Of a stretch of 53,950 bases of DNA, positions 39,277-48,726 are shown one piece after another (the stretch's first letter is position 1; the number at the start of each line of letters is the position of its first letter). The position numbers and the translations under genes were made by a program. Below the pieces are notes generated by a model, which did not search any database, was not told the origin of the DNA, and saw nothing but the letters and a program-made list of their open reading frames with translations. Source of the DNA: Armatimonadota bacterium. GTDB taxonomy: Bacteria > Armatimonadota > UBA5829 > DTLH01. Where the stretch lies: assembly GCA_039680575.1 (NCBI GenBank), contig JBDKSP010000047.1, positions 1 through 53,950 of the forward strand, given 5' to 3'.

Positions 39277-39672
39277 GTGATGTTCGCGCTCAATTTTTAT
39301 TCTGAGATATACGCTGATATGCTGAAAAAGGGTAGAAAGACTGCCACAATCCGCCTTGGAGACAAGACCGATAAGTATCAGCCGGGTATGCTTGTGTGGA
39401 TTACGGTCGGACGCAGGTTCGGGCCAAGACAGCGGTTGTTTACGGCTGTAATCGACGAAGTGGTGGTCAAGCAGATCGGGGAACTCACTGCTCGAGAAGT
39501 CGAGAAGGAGAACCCTGAGTTCAGATTGCCCGAAGAGATTATGACGCTGCTTTCGAGGATATACGATAACGTCGTCACACCGCTCGACACAGTGACGATT
39601 ATCTCGTTTTCGCCGGTACGCGAAGAGCCTAAGGCAGAAATGGAAGATTTGTTCGAACGCTGGCTCGTATGA
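39277..39672 (+). CDS. ASCH domain protein
   Basis: GRKTATIR (GxKxxxxR) motif; AGGAG RBS. Confidence 0.85.
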   Translation: MMFALNFYSEIYADMLKKGRKTATIRLGDKTDKYQPGMLVWITVGRRFGPRQRLFTAVIDEVVVKQIGELTAREVEKENPEFRLPEEIMTLLSRIYDNVVTPLDTVTIISFSPVREEPKAEMEDLFERWLV

Positions 39673-39861
39673 TAGTCCTCACAAAAAAATAGCCCGCCGG
39701 AAAGTGGGGGAACCGACGGGCTGCAATTGTCGGCCAAGCCGATTTGGCTTTGGCCGCTTCAGAAAGGAGAAAAGAGTCGCAAGCGTTTAACTCTATCTAA
39801 AATACGCGGTATATTGGACTTTAGTTCCCTGCATAAAAATAGATTTTCGATGCAATATTTG

Positions 39862-39963
39862 TTGACAGGGGCAGCGGGCTATGATATACTTCGTGTGGTG
39901 TTTTCTTGCAGGGCGAAAGTCCTGAGGGTTTAGGAAACGGGTGCAAAAAAGCACCTGTTTTTT
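39862..39963 (+). ncRNA. Candidate ~65-70 nt small RNA with its promoter
   Basis: TTGACA-N17-TATACT (extended -10), GAAA-tetraloop hairpin, then intrinsic terminator; no ORF. Confidence 0.55.
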
Positions 39964-40009
39964 ATGCAGAAGCTTTGTTAGTTAAGCTGATAAAGCTTGC
40001 CCAACGACA

Positions 40010-40038
40010 TTGACTGGAAGCGGAGTATTTGATAGAAT
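40010..40038 (+). promoter_or_regulatory. tRNA operon promoter
   Basis: TTGACT-N17-TAGAAT. Confidence 0.75.
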
Positions 40039-40050
40039 AATCTCCGTCTG

Positions 40051-40126
40051 GGGCGAATAGCTCAGTTGGGAGAGCGCTTCCCTTACAAGGAAGATGTCGG
40101 GGGTTCGAGTCCCTCTTCGCCCACCA
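40051..40126 (+). tRNA. tRNA-Val(TAC)
   Basis: Cloverleaf, CTTCC-CTTACAA-GGAAG anticodon arm, CCA end. Confidence 0.97.
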
Positions 40127-40134
40127 AAGAACGC

Positions 40135-40211
40135 GGGGGTGTAGCTCAGTTGGTTAGAGCGCCTGCCTGTCACGTAGGAGGCCGCGGGTTCGAGTCCCGT
40201 CATCCCCGCCA
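40135..40211 (+). tRNA. tRNA-Asp(GTC)
   Basis: Cloverleaf, loop CTGTCAC, CCA end. Confidence 0.97.
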
Positions 40212-40228
40212 TTTTGTTTTTTGTGCCT

Positions 40229-40304
40229 GCCGAGATAGCTCAGATGGTAGAGCAGTGGACTGAAAATCCACGTGTCCGCAGTTCGATTCTGCGTCTCGGC
40301 ACCA
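40229..40304 (+). tRNA. tRNA-Phe(GAA)
   Basis: Cloverleaf, loop CTGAAAA, CCA end. Confidence 0.97.
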
Positions 40305-40309
40305 TGCCT

Positions 40310-40385
40310 GCCGATGTAGCTCAGTTGGTAGAGCAGCGCATTCGTAATGCGCGGGTCAGAGGTTCGAGTCCTCCCATCGGCTCCA
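40310..40385 (+). tRNA. tRNA-Thr(CGT)
   Basis: Cloverleaf, loop TTCGTAA, CCA end. Confidence 0.96.
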
Positions 40386-40401
40386 GATTTGAGCTCAAAC
40401 T

Positions 40402-40426
40402 AAGCCCCCGATAAGGGGGTTTTTTA
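40402..40426 (+). terminator. tRNA operon terminator
   Basis: AGCCCCC-GATAA-GGGGGTT followed by T run. Confidence 0.8.
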
Positions 40427-40463
40427 TTGTCTCCCCACAGCTCACAAACACCGCGTCAATCCT

Positions 40464-42663
40464 TTGAAATGCCTCGGCGCGATTTTTGCGCCGAAGCCCC
40501 CACTTTCGACGTCCACGGTCTGAATGTGCTGTGACTACCATCCGTCTACACTGTCTATCACTAAAGGGCCTGCCCCATTGCTATACACTGTTAATTATTG
40601 CACAGTTTTGATCTTCATCCTCTCAGCTGTTACCTCTTTGATCAGTTCTTTCTCCCTGTCAGGAGAATATATAGGAAAAGCTACATTGAATGAAAACTTT
40701 ACCGGCTCCTTACCGCCATGAATCTCAACTGTGTATGTGTGCCTCTCAAGTCCATCATAATCCTGTTTCGTATCCTCGACCAGCTTCATATACAGCTTGG
40801 ATATATCCACTTCAGGTCTGGATTCGGCGGGGAGTGAATTGAAGAGCTCCTTGAGCTGTTCGGTGTCGAGGTTTGCTATGTTCGCTAAATATATACCAGA
40901 ACCATAAGCAGTGTTCAGATCGTCCACACTCATTGCAGCCAGTATATTCAACAGAGCCGCATGAGTCATATATTTTGCCGACACAAACCTATGTAAATCT
41001 TTAACAAAACAAATCCAATCAAGCTCCTGCCCGTCCGTCAATCTCCACATTGCCAGGAAATCATAAAGCTCAAGTCCTGAGCTTCTTGCACTGCTCAACC
41101 AGTCCGCAAACGATGCCTTCGGAACCAGATTATTATACCTGTCAGCCCAACTCCAGGCTTTAAGATCGATCAGCTTGTTTTCTTCGCTGATATACCATTT
41201 GAATACACGCTTGATGCCCAGCGACCACTTTACATCTACCAGAGACTTCTTTCCGTTGAATATATCCTTGTAAGCATCAGGAAGTGTGTCTTTATGGTCC
41301 ATATAATCGTCAGCAAGAATACTGCGGCCGGTCGTCTTCGATATCTCCGTTAACACATCAGCAAGCAGAATTGTTTTATTATCCATTTTATTGAACTGAT
41401 ACTTTTTATCCGGCTCTAATTTATCATTAGTTGCAGCTTTCAGAAATCTCATCTCAAATGTCGGTTGTTCGGGATGCTTAGGAAAGACTGGTCGGTTCGA
41501 ATCTGCAGCAGTCAATGGTTGTTTTGTATTATTGGGAGCAGATTGTTGCTTTGTGCTTTTTGAAATTGACAAACGGTCCAAAGCCGAACTAAAGCTTAAT
41601 ACATCACCGAGAAATCCCATAGAATGAAATGGACCTGCAGACACTGAAGAATTAAGTGATAATCCATTGCTTGCATCTAGCTTAAAAGCTATCTGTGCAT
41701 TCTCCAAGTCAGGTGTAACAGGTTCATATATAGTTCGAACCTTGCGTCGAACACCATTGCTGTCAATTGTTTCTACCTCACGATTTGCATCATAGTTGCC
41801 CGTAACATCGAATATTTCCTTTTTCTGAAGGACAAAGTCCTGCACCATCTTCCCGATATCGCCGCCCTGCTTAACGCTTAGTATAATTTCTTCACCATTT
41901 AAAAGCCTGGACATTCCTTCATCGCCTATAGCTTTAATCAGTCTGCTATAAGAAACTATTTCGTCGTATCCAAGCCTTGATGTGCCCGGTCCATATGCTC
42001 TAGTACAATCGGGAGATACTGCGTTAGCTTCATTATAGACCTTTTCAACCTCTTCATCTGATAGAGAAGCCATCCAATTGAAAAGCTTCCATCTGTATAA
42101 CTCTCGTTGCATTTCAAGGTTTGCAATATTATCGTTATATTTGCTTAATAGATCCTGATATACTTTTGGCCTGTAGAACCTGTATAGTGTCTCACCATCT
42201 ACATCAGTCTTTTTCAATGCAAGGTAATACGCATCAGTCATCAGGTTAAGGAGCTTTCCGACTTCTATATCGTTGGCACACACCACAACCGGCATATCCC
42301 GCACCTGCCAGTCATTACGGGATATACCTGCGGCTATCTTGATGCCGGATAGCTTGCTGATCTCAGCCACAGCATCGCTTAAGCGGACATATCCGCTGTA
42401 GTAGGTGATTTTCTTGCTTAGTCTTGTGTCACTTTTCTCGGCTGCATAGCTTCCGGTTAACATGCAAGCCATCAGCAGCATTACGAGCGATATTCTTCTG
42501 TTCATAGTTCTCCTCCTGAGGAAAATCCGGCATCTATACATAAAAAAAGCCCGAAAGCACTACCTTACTCTGCAAAACATAAGTTGCAGCCCATGGTGCT
42601 GCTTGTATGTGCATATCCATAAGATTAGCTTCGGCGCCAAAGGCTCGCGCCGAAGCATTTCAA
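40464..42663 (-). mobile_element. Family H RAYT-derived element carrying a cargo gene
   Basis: 18/19-bp terminal inverted repeats; both ends homologous to 14671-14930; RAYT C-terminal stub at 40535-40587; interior is a secreted-protein gene. Confidence 0.68.
40595..42505 (-). CDS. Secreted hypothetical protein with secretin-N-like repeats (paralog 1)
   Basis: AGGAGGAG RBS before ATG 42505, signal peptide, RLSKKIT..LSDAVAEISKLSGI and LADVLTEISKTTG..ILADDY segments. Confidence 0.8.
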   Translation of the reverse strand: MNRRISLVMLLMACMLTGSYAAEKSDTRLSKKITYYSGYVRLSDAVAEISKLSGIKIAAGISRNDWQVRDMPVVVCANDIEVGKLLNLMTDAYYLALKKTDVDGETLYRFYRPKVYQDLLSKYNDNIANLEMQRELYRWKLFNWMASLSDEEVEKVYNEANAVSPDCTRAYGPGTSRLGYDEIVSYSRLIKAIGDEGMSRLLNGEEIILSVKQGGDIGKMVQDFVLQKKEIFDVTGNYDANREVETIDSNGVRRKVRTIYEPVTPDLENAQIAFKLDASNGLSLNSSVSAGPFHSMGFLGDVLSFSSALDRLSISKSTKQQSAPNNTKQPLTAADSNRPVFPKHPEQPTFEMRFLKAATNDKLEPDKKYQFNKMDNKTILLADVLTEISKTTGRSILADDYMDHKDTLPDAYKDIFNGKKSLVDVKWSLGIKRVFKWYISEENKLIDLKAWSWADRYNNLVPKASFADWLSSARSSGLELYDFLAMWRLTDGQELDWICFVKDLHRFVSAKYMTHAALLNILAAMSVDDLNTAYGSGIYLANIANLDTEQLKELFNSLPAESRPEVDISKLYMKLVEDTKQDYDGLERHTYTVEIHGGKEPVKFSFNVAFPIYSPDREKELIKEVTAERMKIKTVQ

Positions 42664-42692
42664 CGATTTATACTTTTATCGGTTTTGTTTTA

Positions 42693-44567
42693 TTACTTGA
42701 TCTTCATCCCCTCAGCCGTTGCCTCTTTGATCACTTCCTTCTCCCTATCAAAAGAGTAGATGGGAAAAGCTAAATCCAAAATAAACTCCAATGGCTCCTT
42801 GCCGCCATTAATCACAATTGTGTAGGTGCGTTTCTCGACATTAAAGTCCAGTATCTTATGCTCAACTAGCTTCATGTATAACTGAGATATATCTCCGGCA
42901 GGTCTGGATTCGGCAGGGAGCGTATTGAAGAGCTTCTTGAGCTGTTCAGTGTTGAGGTTTGCTATGTTCGCCAGATATATACCGGAACCATAGGCTGTAT
43001 TCAGCTCGTCCACGCTCATTGCTGCAAGTATGTTCAACAGAGACTCATGCGCCATAGATTTATCTACTATAAACCTCCGTAGGTCTTTAACATCCTGAAT
43101 CCAATCAAGCTCCTGCCCGTCCGTCAATCTCCACATCGCCAGGAAATCATAAAGCTCAAGTCCCGAACTATTTGCTTTGTCCAACCAATCCGCAAACGAT
43201 GTCTTCGGAACCAGATTATTGTAATTGTCAGGCCAGCTCACGGGTTTCAGGTCTATGAGTTTGTTTTCCTCATTGATATACCATTTGAACCTATACTTGA
43301 TGTCTGACGACCACATCACATTCACTAGAGACTTCTTTCCGGTAAAGACATCTTTGTAAGTACCAGGCTTAATATCACGATGGTCCAGATAATCATCGGC
43401 AAGGATGCTATAACCGGTAGTCTTCGATACCTCAGTCAAGACATCAGCGAGTGTAACAGTCTCTTTGGCAGGTTTCTTGAACTCGTATTTTGTTTCAGGC
43501 TTCAGTAAGTTGTTGGATGCATCCGTCAGGTATTTCATCTCGTACATGGGCTGCTTTGAATATTTTGGAAATACCGGCTTTTCAGACGATTTTGATGTTG
43601 ATTGGGGGTCTAAATCCTTAGGAGTCGAGGACTGCTCCAGCGCTAAAGTAAAAGAAGTTAAATCCCCAAGAAACCCTTCTGCGTAAAATGGCCCAGCGGA
43701 TACTGAAGATTTAAGTGATATCCCATTTGTTGAGTCCAACGTAAACTTGATTTGCGCTTGCTCGAGATCTGGCGTTTCTGGCTCAGGTATAATTTCAGTG
43801 TAGGATGGTAAGGGATTGCCATGCTTATCCATTAATACAGATTTGCTGATCTCGGCAACGAGTGCATCGACTATCTCCTTCTTCTGAAGAATGTAGTCTT
43901 GTACCATCTTCCCGACATCGCCGCCTTGCCCGACACTTAACGTAACATCTTCACCGTTCATGAGCTTGGCCATTCCCTCTTCCCCGAGGGATTTGATCAA
44001 CTTGCTGTATGAAACTACCTCGTCATATCCCAACCTTTGTGAATCCGGTCCATAGAAACTGAGGCAGTTTGGATTTTTCTGGTTAATCTGCTGGTAGAGT
44101 TTCTCAACATCCTCGTCCGAGAGAGAGCCCATCCAGTCATATAGCTTCCATTTGTATAGTTCACGCTGATATTTGTAGCTCTCTTCCTTGTCGTTAGCTT
44201 TGCTCAATATATCCTGGTATATCTTCGGACGGTAGAACCTGTAGAGCACCTCACCGTCTACATCGGTCTTCTTCAGCGCCAAGAAGTATGCATCAGTCAT
44301 CATATTAAGAAGCTTGCCGACTTCTATATCGTTAATGCACATCACGACAGGCATGTCCCGCACCTGCCAGTCATTACGGGATATACCTGCGGCTATCTTG
44401 ATGCCGGATAGCTTGCTGATCTCAGCCACGGCATCGCTTAAGCGGACATATCCGCTGTAGCAGGTGATCTTCTTGCTTAGTCTTGCGTCACTTTTCTCGG
44501 CTGCATAGCTTCCTGTTAGCATGCAAGCCAGCAGCAGCAGCATTACGAGCGATATTCTTCTGTTCAT
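42693..44567 (-). CDS. Secreted hypothetical protein (paralog 2)
   Basis: Same RBS and N-terminus as 40595-42505; colinear throughout. Confidence 0.8.
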   Translation of the reverse strand: MNRRISLVMLLLLACMLTGSYAAEKSDARLSKKITCYSGYVRLSDAVAEISKLSGIKIAAGISRNDWQVRDMPVVMCINDIEVGKLLNMMTDAYFLALKKTDVDGEVLYRFYRPKIYQDILSKANDKEESYKYQRELYKWKLYDWMGSLSDEDVEKLYQQINQKNPNCLSFYGPDSQRLGYDEVVSYSKLIKSLGEEGMAKLMNGEDVTLSVGQGGDVGKMVQDYILQKKEIVDALVAEISKSVLMDKHGNPLPSYTEIIPEPETPDLEQAQIKFTLDSTNGISLKSSVSAGPFYAEGFLGDLTSFTLALEQSSTPKDLDPQSTSKSSEKPVFPKYSKQPMYEMKYLTDASNNLLKPETKYEFKKPAKETVTLADVLTEVSKTTGYSILADDYLDHRDIKPGTYKDVFTGKKSLVNVMWSSDIKYRFKWYINEENKLIDLKPVSWPDNYNNLVPKTSFADWLDKANSSGLELYDFLAMWRLTDGQELDWIQDVKDLRRFIVDKSMAHESLLNILAAMSVDELNTAYGSGIYLANIANLNTEQLKKLFNTLPAESRPAGDISQLYMKLVEHKILDFNVEKRTYTIVINGGKEPLEFILDLAFPIYSFDREKEVIKEATAEGMKIK

Positions 44568-44602
44568 AGTTCTCCTCCTGAGGAAAATCCGGCATCGACA
44601 TA

Positions 44603-44709
44603 AAAGAAAGCCCGAAGGCACTACCTTACTCTGCAAAACACAAGTTGCAGCCCATGGTACTGCTTCCGGGCTCGACTTTAATATATACTCCCTACTGCTC
44701 GGCTGTCAA
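44603..44709 (-). promoter_or_regulatory. Promoter and structured leader of paralog 2
   Basis: TTGACA-N18-TATATT followed by long hairpin AGCCCGGAAGCAGTACC..GGTAGTGCCTTCGGGCT and T-rich tract. Confidence 0.55.
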
Positions 44710-44779
44710 TGTCACTGGAGCTTAAATATATGGTAAACTACGATGCAGTCGCTTATGGTTATCGAGGAGGATATGCCTG

Positions 44780-45877
44780 TTGAAAAAAGTATACATCGCC
44801 GCAACACGGCAGAATGACGGCAAGACCATCACATGCCTCGGACTTATCTCCGCGTTCAAAAAACGCTTTGCGAATGTCGGTTACATCAAGCCGGTAGGCC
44901 AGCGGTTCATCGAAATCGAGGGACACAAGATAGATGAAGACGCGCTTTTGGTCAATGAAGTCTTCGGTATCAATGGCGACATTAGTGACATGTCGCCGGT
45001 TGCCGTACCCCACGGGTTTACCGAGTCATATATCGAAAATCCTAACCGGGAAGCCCTCGTCACGGCCATCATGGACGCTTTCGGGCGGATCTCCGCGGGT
45101 ATGGACGCGGTCCTGGTCGAAGGAACAGGCCATGCGGGAGTGGGATCGGTCTTCGATATGTCGAACGGCGATGTCACGAAGATGCTCGGCACGAAGGTAG
45201 TGCTTGTTTCGGCAGGCGGCATCGGAAGGCCGATAGATGAAATAGTGCTGAACAAGGCCATGTTCGACCAGTTCGGGGTGGAAATCATCGGCGCAATCAT
45301 AAACAAGGTCCAGCCGGATAAATACGAGAAAGTGAACCGGGTCGTGCGCAATGGACTGGCGCGTAAAGGGATCGAAACGTTCGGCGTTATGCCGTACAGG
45401 CCGGTGCTCTCGAACCCAACCATCGGCCAGCTATTGAATGACATCGACGGCGAACTGCTGTCCGGTAAATACGGGCTTGAGAACTCCGTCTCCCGTATGA
45501 TTATCGGCGCTATGCCGACACACGAAGCGCTGGACTATTTCAGCCCGGACACACTGCTGATAACACCGGGCACGAGAGAAGACCTCATACTCGCCGCTAT
45601 GAGCTCGTATGTCGTCGGGTTGAGCGCGAACCACTGTGTTTCGGGGATTGTCCTGACAGGAGGGACTGCGCCGCATCACAACATTATGGAGCTCATTAAA
45701 CGGACCAGAATACCGGTAATCCTGGTCGAAGAAGATACATTTACCGTGGCAACAAAGATCGACAAGCTGATCGTTAAAATCCGGTCTGGCGATACGGAGA
45801 AAATACAGGTCTCGGAGCAGTTGATCGAGGAATTCGTGGATGTGAATCGGCTGCTCGATATGCTGGACGAAGGATAA
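44780..45877 (+). CDS. BioD-like ATPase + DRTGG domain protein (phosphotransacetylase N-terminal-like)
   Basis: QNDGKT P-loop, GYIKPVG, VEGTGH, ITPGTRED, VLTGG. Confidence 0.88.
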   Translation: MKKVYIAATRQNDGKTITCLGLISAFKKRFANVGYIKPVGQRFIEIEGHKIDEDALLVNEVFGINGDISDMSPVAVPHGFTESYIENPNREALVTAIMDAFGRISAGMDAVLVEGTGHAGVGSVFDMSNGDVTKMLGTKVVLVSAGGIGRPIDEIVLNKAMFDQFGVEIIGAIINKVQPDKYEKVNRVVRNGLARKGIETFGVMPYRPVLSNPTIGQLLNDIDGELLSGKYGLENSVSRMIIGAMPTHEALDYFSPDTLLITPGTREDLILAAMSSYVVGLSANHCVSGIVLTGGTAPHHNIMELIKRTRIPVILVEEDTFTVATKIDKLIVKIRSGDTEKIQVSEQLIEEFVDVNRLLDMLDEG

Positions 45878-45966
45878 GCTGCGCTCCTGCCACTTTTGTT
45901 CGTCAGCTTGACACAGCATTAGCGCTGCGATAAGATTTATCGTTGGGAATCTTTGAGGAGTGCTTT

Positions 45967-46812
45967 ATGAAACTATCGGTTATAACAGACGAAATCTCTA
46001 TGGATTTCGCGCATGCGCTGGATGTCATGCGCAAGTACAATGCAAACGGCGCCGAACTGAGGTCGCTGTGGGGTAAAAGTGTCGTCGACCTGGATGACGA
46101 TGATATCGACAAAGCTCTCGGTATCCTGCGCGATAAAGGCGCGGTAGTATCGTGCATCGCGTCTCCGCTTTATAAATGCGATCTGCATACGGATGCAACG
46201 GTTGAGAGCGGAAATACCCATCAGGCTCGGGCGCGCGTCCACGCAGAGCAGTTGGCTCTTCTGGACCACTGCATAAAGCTCGCAGACAAGTTCGATACCA
46301 GGCTGGTCAGAGTCTTTTCTTTCTGGAAAAAAGGCAAGTTAACCCCGGAAATCGAAGACCAGATAGCTGAAGAGCTTTCGCAAGCAGCCGAGATAGCCAA
46401 ACGCGAAGGCATTACGCTGGTGCTTGAAAACGAACACGCCTGCTACCTCGGCTCGGGAGAAAACACTGGCAGGATGCTGAAAAGGATCGATTCTCCTAAT
46501 CTGCGGGCTATATGGGACCCTGGAAATGCTTACTGCACCGGCGAAATCCCATTCCCGAACGGCTATAATGCAATAAAAGAATTTATCGCCCATGTCCACC
46601 TGAAAGATGCAACCGGGTCGGACGAAAATACGTATAAGTTCATAGCTATCGGCGACGGCGAGATCGATTTTCCCGGTCAGTTAGCCGCGCTGAAGAATGA
46701 CGGATATACTGGTTGGTTGTCTCTCGAGACCCACTTCTCGCTGAACGGCGACAGTGAGACCGGATCCACCCACTGTCTTGCTACATTGAACTCAATGCTT
46801 GAGAATATTTAG
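45967..46812 (+). CDS. Sugar phosphate isomerase/epimerase (xylose-isomerase-like TIM barrel)
   Basis: LENE, WDPGN, HVHLKD, SLETH; GAGGAG RBS. Confidence 0.88.
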   Translation: MKLSVITDEISMDFAHALDVMRKYNANGAELRSLWGKSVVDLDDDDIDKALGILRDKGAVVSCIASPLYKCDLHTDATVESGNTHQARARVHAEQLALLDHCIKLADKFDTRLVRVFSFWKKGKLTPEIEDQIAEELSQAAEIAKREGITLVLENEHACYLGSGENTGRMLKRIDSPNLRAIWDPGNAYCTGEIPFPNGYNAIKEFIAHVHLKDATGSDENTYKFIAIGDGEIDFPGQLAALKNDGYTGWLSLETHFSLNGDSETGSTHCLATLNSMLENI

Positions 46813-46855
46813 GCAGGCAGCATATTTGAAGGTTTGCTACTGGAGGAACTACTAA

Positions 46856-48382
46856 ATGTCCATCACAAAATTGCGGAACAACTCCGCCCGGTATATGAAG
46901 GTCGGGCTGTGGCTATTCGTTATCATCTTTGTCGCCAGTATCCCTTTCTGGAACGCCGGGACCGGTTCTCGCTCAGATGATAAGCTGGAGCAGAGCAATG
47001 AAGCTATAGCCACAGTCAACGGCAATGATATCAAAAACGCGGATTTCCTTGAGAGATATGATGCCCAGAAAGAGATGTACAAGAAAATCGGCGGGATGAA
47101 TGCAATTCAGGATGCTCAGTTGCGAGGTGAAATCCTGAGCCAGCTTATAAACGAACAGGTAATAGTCTCCGCTGCTGAAAACAAGGGAATCTCCGTCGGG
47201 CGGGGCGAGCTCAGGCGCGAGCGCAACAAGCTGATCGATGATCGAATCGACCAGGAAAAACAAATGGCCGCCGGCAAGGGCAAGAAGTTGACTGACCAGG
47301 AGTTCGACAGGCTCCTTCGCCAGTCCAGCCCATCCAAAACACTCGGCCAGTTCCGCAAAGAGATTGCAAATGAACTGACCAAGGCTAAGGTCCGCAATTA
47401 TATGATGCTGACCAAGCTGGAAGCTCAGCTTAAGTCAAGCGTCGGCAAAGTAGACGATCAGAAGCTGACCGATAATTTCCGGCAACTGAAGATCCGCCAT
47501 ATCCTGTTCCTGTCCAATAATTCGCCTGAAAAGGCACAGAGAAAAGCTGAAGAGGTTCAGAAGAAATTAAAGACCGGTGAGGACTTTGCCAAACTGGCTG
47601 CACAGTTCTCCGATGATCCTACATCGAAGAGCAAAGGCGGCGACATAGGGTTTATGCCCGTTGCCGGCGATAAGGACCTGCAGGGGCTGAAGGTAGGCCA
47701 GACCAGCGGGATAATCAAACTGCCTTACGGCTACCGGATAGTCAAAGTTGAAGACAGTAAGCTGGAACTCCCCAAAGATTTCGATAAAGAGAAGAACAAG
47801 TATCGGGACCAGTTAGTATCACAGCTTCAGTCCGAGGCAATGAGGAATTTCTTCGAGGCTGCTCAGAAATCAGTCAAAATCGAGGTCCGCAATCCTGAGT
47901 TCAACGGCTACTGGCTTGCAAAGAAGGCAATGAACTCCATGGATATGAATGAGCGGACAAAGCTGTTCAAGCAGGCTCTTCAGTCGCTCGACAAAGCAAC
48001 CAAAGACGACAACAGCAATCTTCCCGCATACGCCGAGAAGGTTGTAGTCTACCAGATGATCGGTGAAGGCAAAAAAGCTATCGATGTACTTGTAGACATT
48101 ATGGATAATAAACAACTTACCGATACGCCTGAATTGAGAATGATGCTCGGCGAGCTTTACATACAAAACGGTGAGAAAGAAAAATCAGTGCCTCATCTCA
48201 AGATAGCATCAGAGGAGGCTTACGATGCGCAGACTCACGTGAAGCTAAAATCGATGTATGAGTCGATAGGGCATCCAGAGCTTGTGGCAGTGGAAACAAA
48301 ATGGATGAAAGCTAATCCTGAGTTAATGGCCAAGCTGAACGCATCGAAGAAGGAAAATGCACCGGTCAAGCTCCAAAAGTAG
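46856..48382 (+). CDS. SurA/PrsA-like parvulin peptidyl-prolyl isomerase with C-terminal helical repeats
   Basis: N-terminal TM, IATVNG, RHIL, FAKLAAQFSDD..KGGDIG, YGYRIVKV. Confidence 0.88.
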   Translation: MSITKLRNNSARYMKVGLWLFVIIFVASIPFWNAGTGSRSDDKLEQSNEAIATVNGNDIKNADFLERYDAQKEMYKKIGGMNAIQDAQLRGEILSQLINEQVIVSAAENKGISVGRGELRRERNKLIDDRIDQEKQMAAGKGKKLTDQEFDRLLRQSSPSKTLGQFRKEIANELTKAKVRNYMMLTKLEAQLKSSVGKVDDQKLTDNFRQLKIRHILFLSNNSPEKAQRKAEEVQKKLKTGEDFAKLAAQFSDDPTSKSKGGDIGFMPVAGDKDLQGLKVGQTSGIIKLPYGYRIVKVEDSKLELPKDFDKEKNKYRDQLVSQLQSEAMRNFFEAAQKSVKIEVRNPEFNGYWLAKKAMNSMDMNERTKLFKQALQSLDKATKDDNSNLPAYAEKVVVYQMIGEGKKAIDVLVDIMDNKQLTDTPELRMMLGELYIQNGEKEKSVPHLKIASEEAYDAQTHVKLKSMYESIGHPELVAVETKWMKANPELMAKLNASKKENAPVKLQK

Positions 48383-48420
48383 GTAAGTGTTCAGAGTTGA
48401 TGAGTATAACATCATGCTGA

Positions 48421-48496
48421 ATTATCACAACGTCATGCTGAGCTTGACTCAGCATCCAGGAAGAAAATGGACCCTGAATCAAGTTCAGGGTGACGT
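48421..48496 (+). repeat. REP family B doublet
   Basis: Identical to 21886-21961; shared downstream TCTCTCATTA.GAGTGAACT. Confidence 0.92.
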
Positions 48497-48624
48497 CTCT
48501 ATTGTTCAGGGTGACGTGCTTCCATCTATGGTGATGTGTTTGGTTGTGCAATTTGATGTAAGATCTCTCATTACGAGTGAACTGTTACAAAAGTAGAGCT
48601 GACCGATAATAATACATAATCGAT

Positions 48625-48657
48625 AATGAGCCCGGGCTTAACCACCCGGGCTCATTT
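48625..48657. terminator. Hairpin between convergent genes
   Basis: AATGAGCCCGGG..CCCGGGCTCATT. Confidence 0.6.
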
Positions 48658-48726
48658 ATGTCTGCTGCGAGAATATCTCTGTTGATTCAACCACTATGCT
48701 GTTTCTCTCTCATCGCCCAAAACTCT

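Noticed and set aside
39982..40414. ORFs over the tRNA cluster, and long antisense ORFs over groEL, proC, scpA, trpS and 24128-25945
   Set aside because: Shadow frames of RNA genes or of well-supported opposite-strand genes
40386..44700. tRNA-integrated island or prophage
   Set aside because: No integrase and no repeat of the tRNA-Thr 3' end seen in the window
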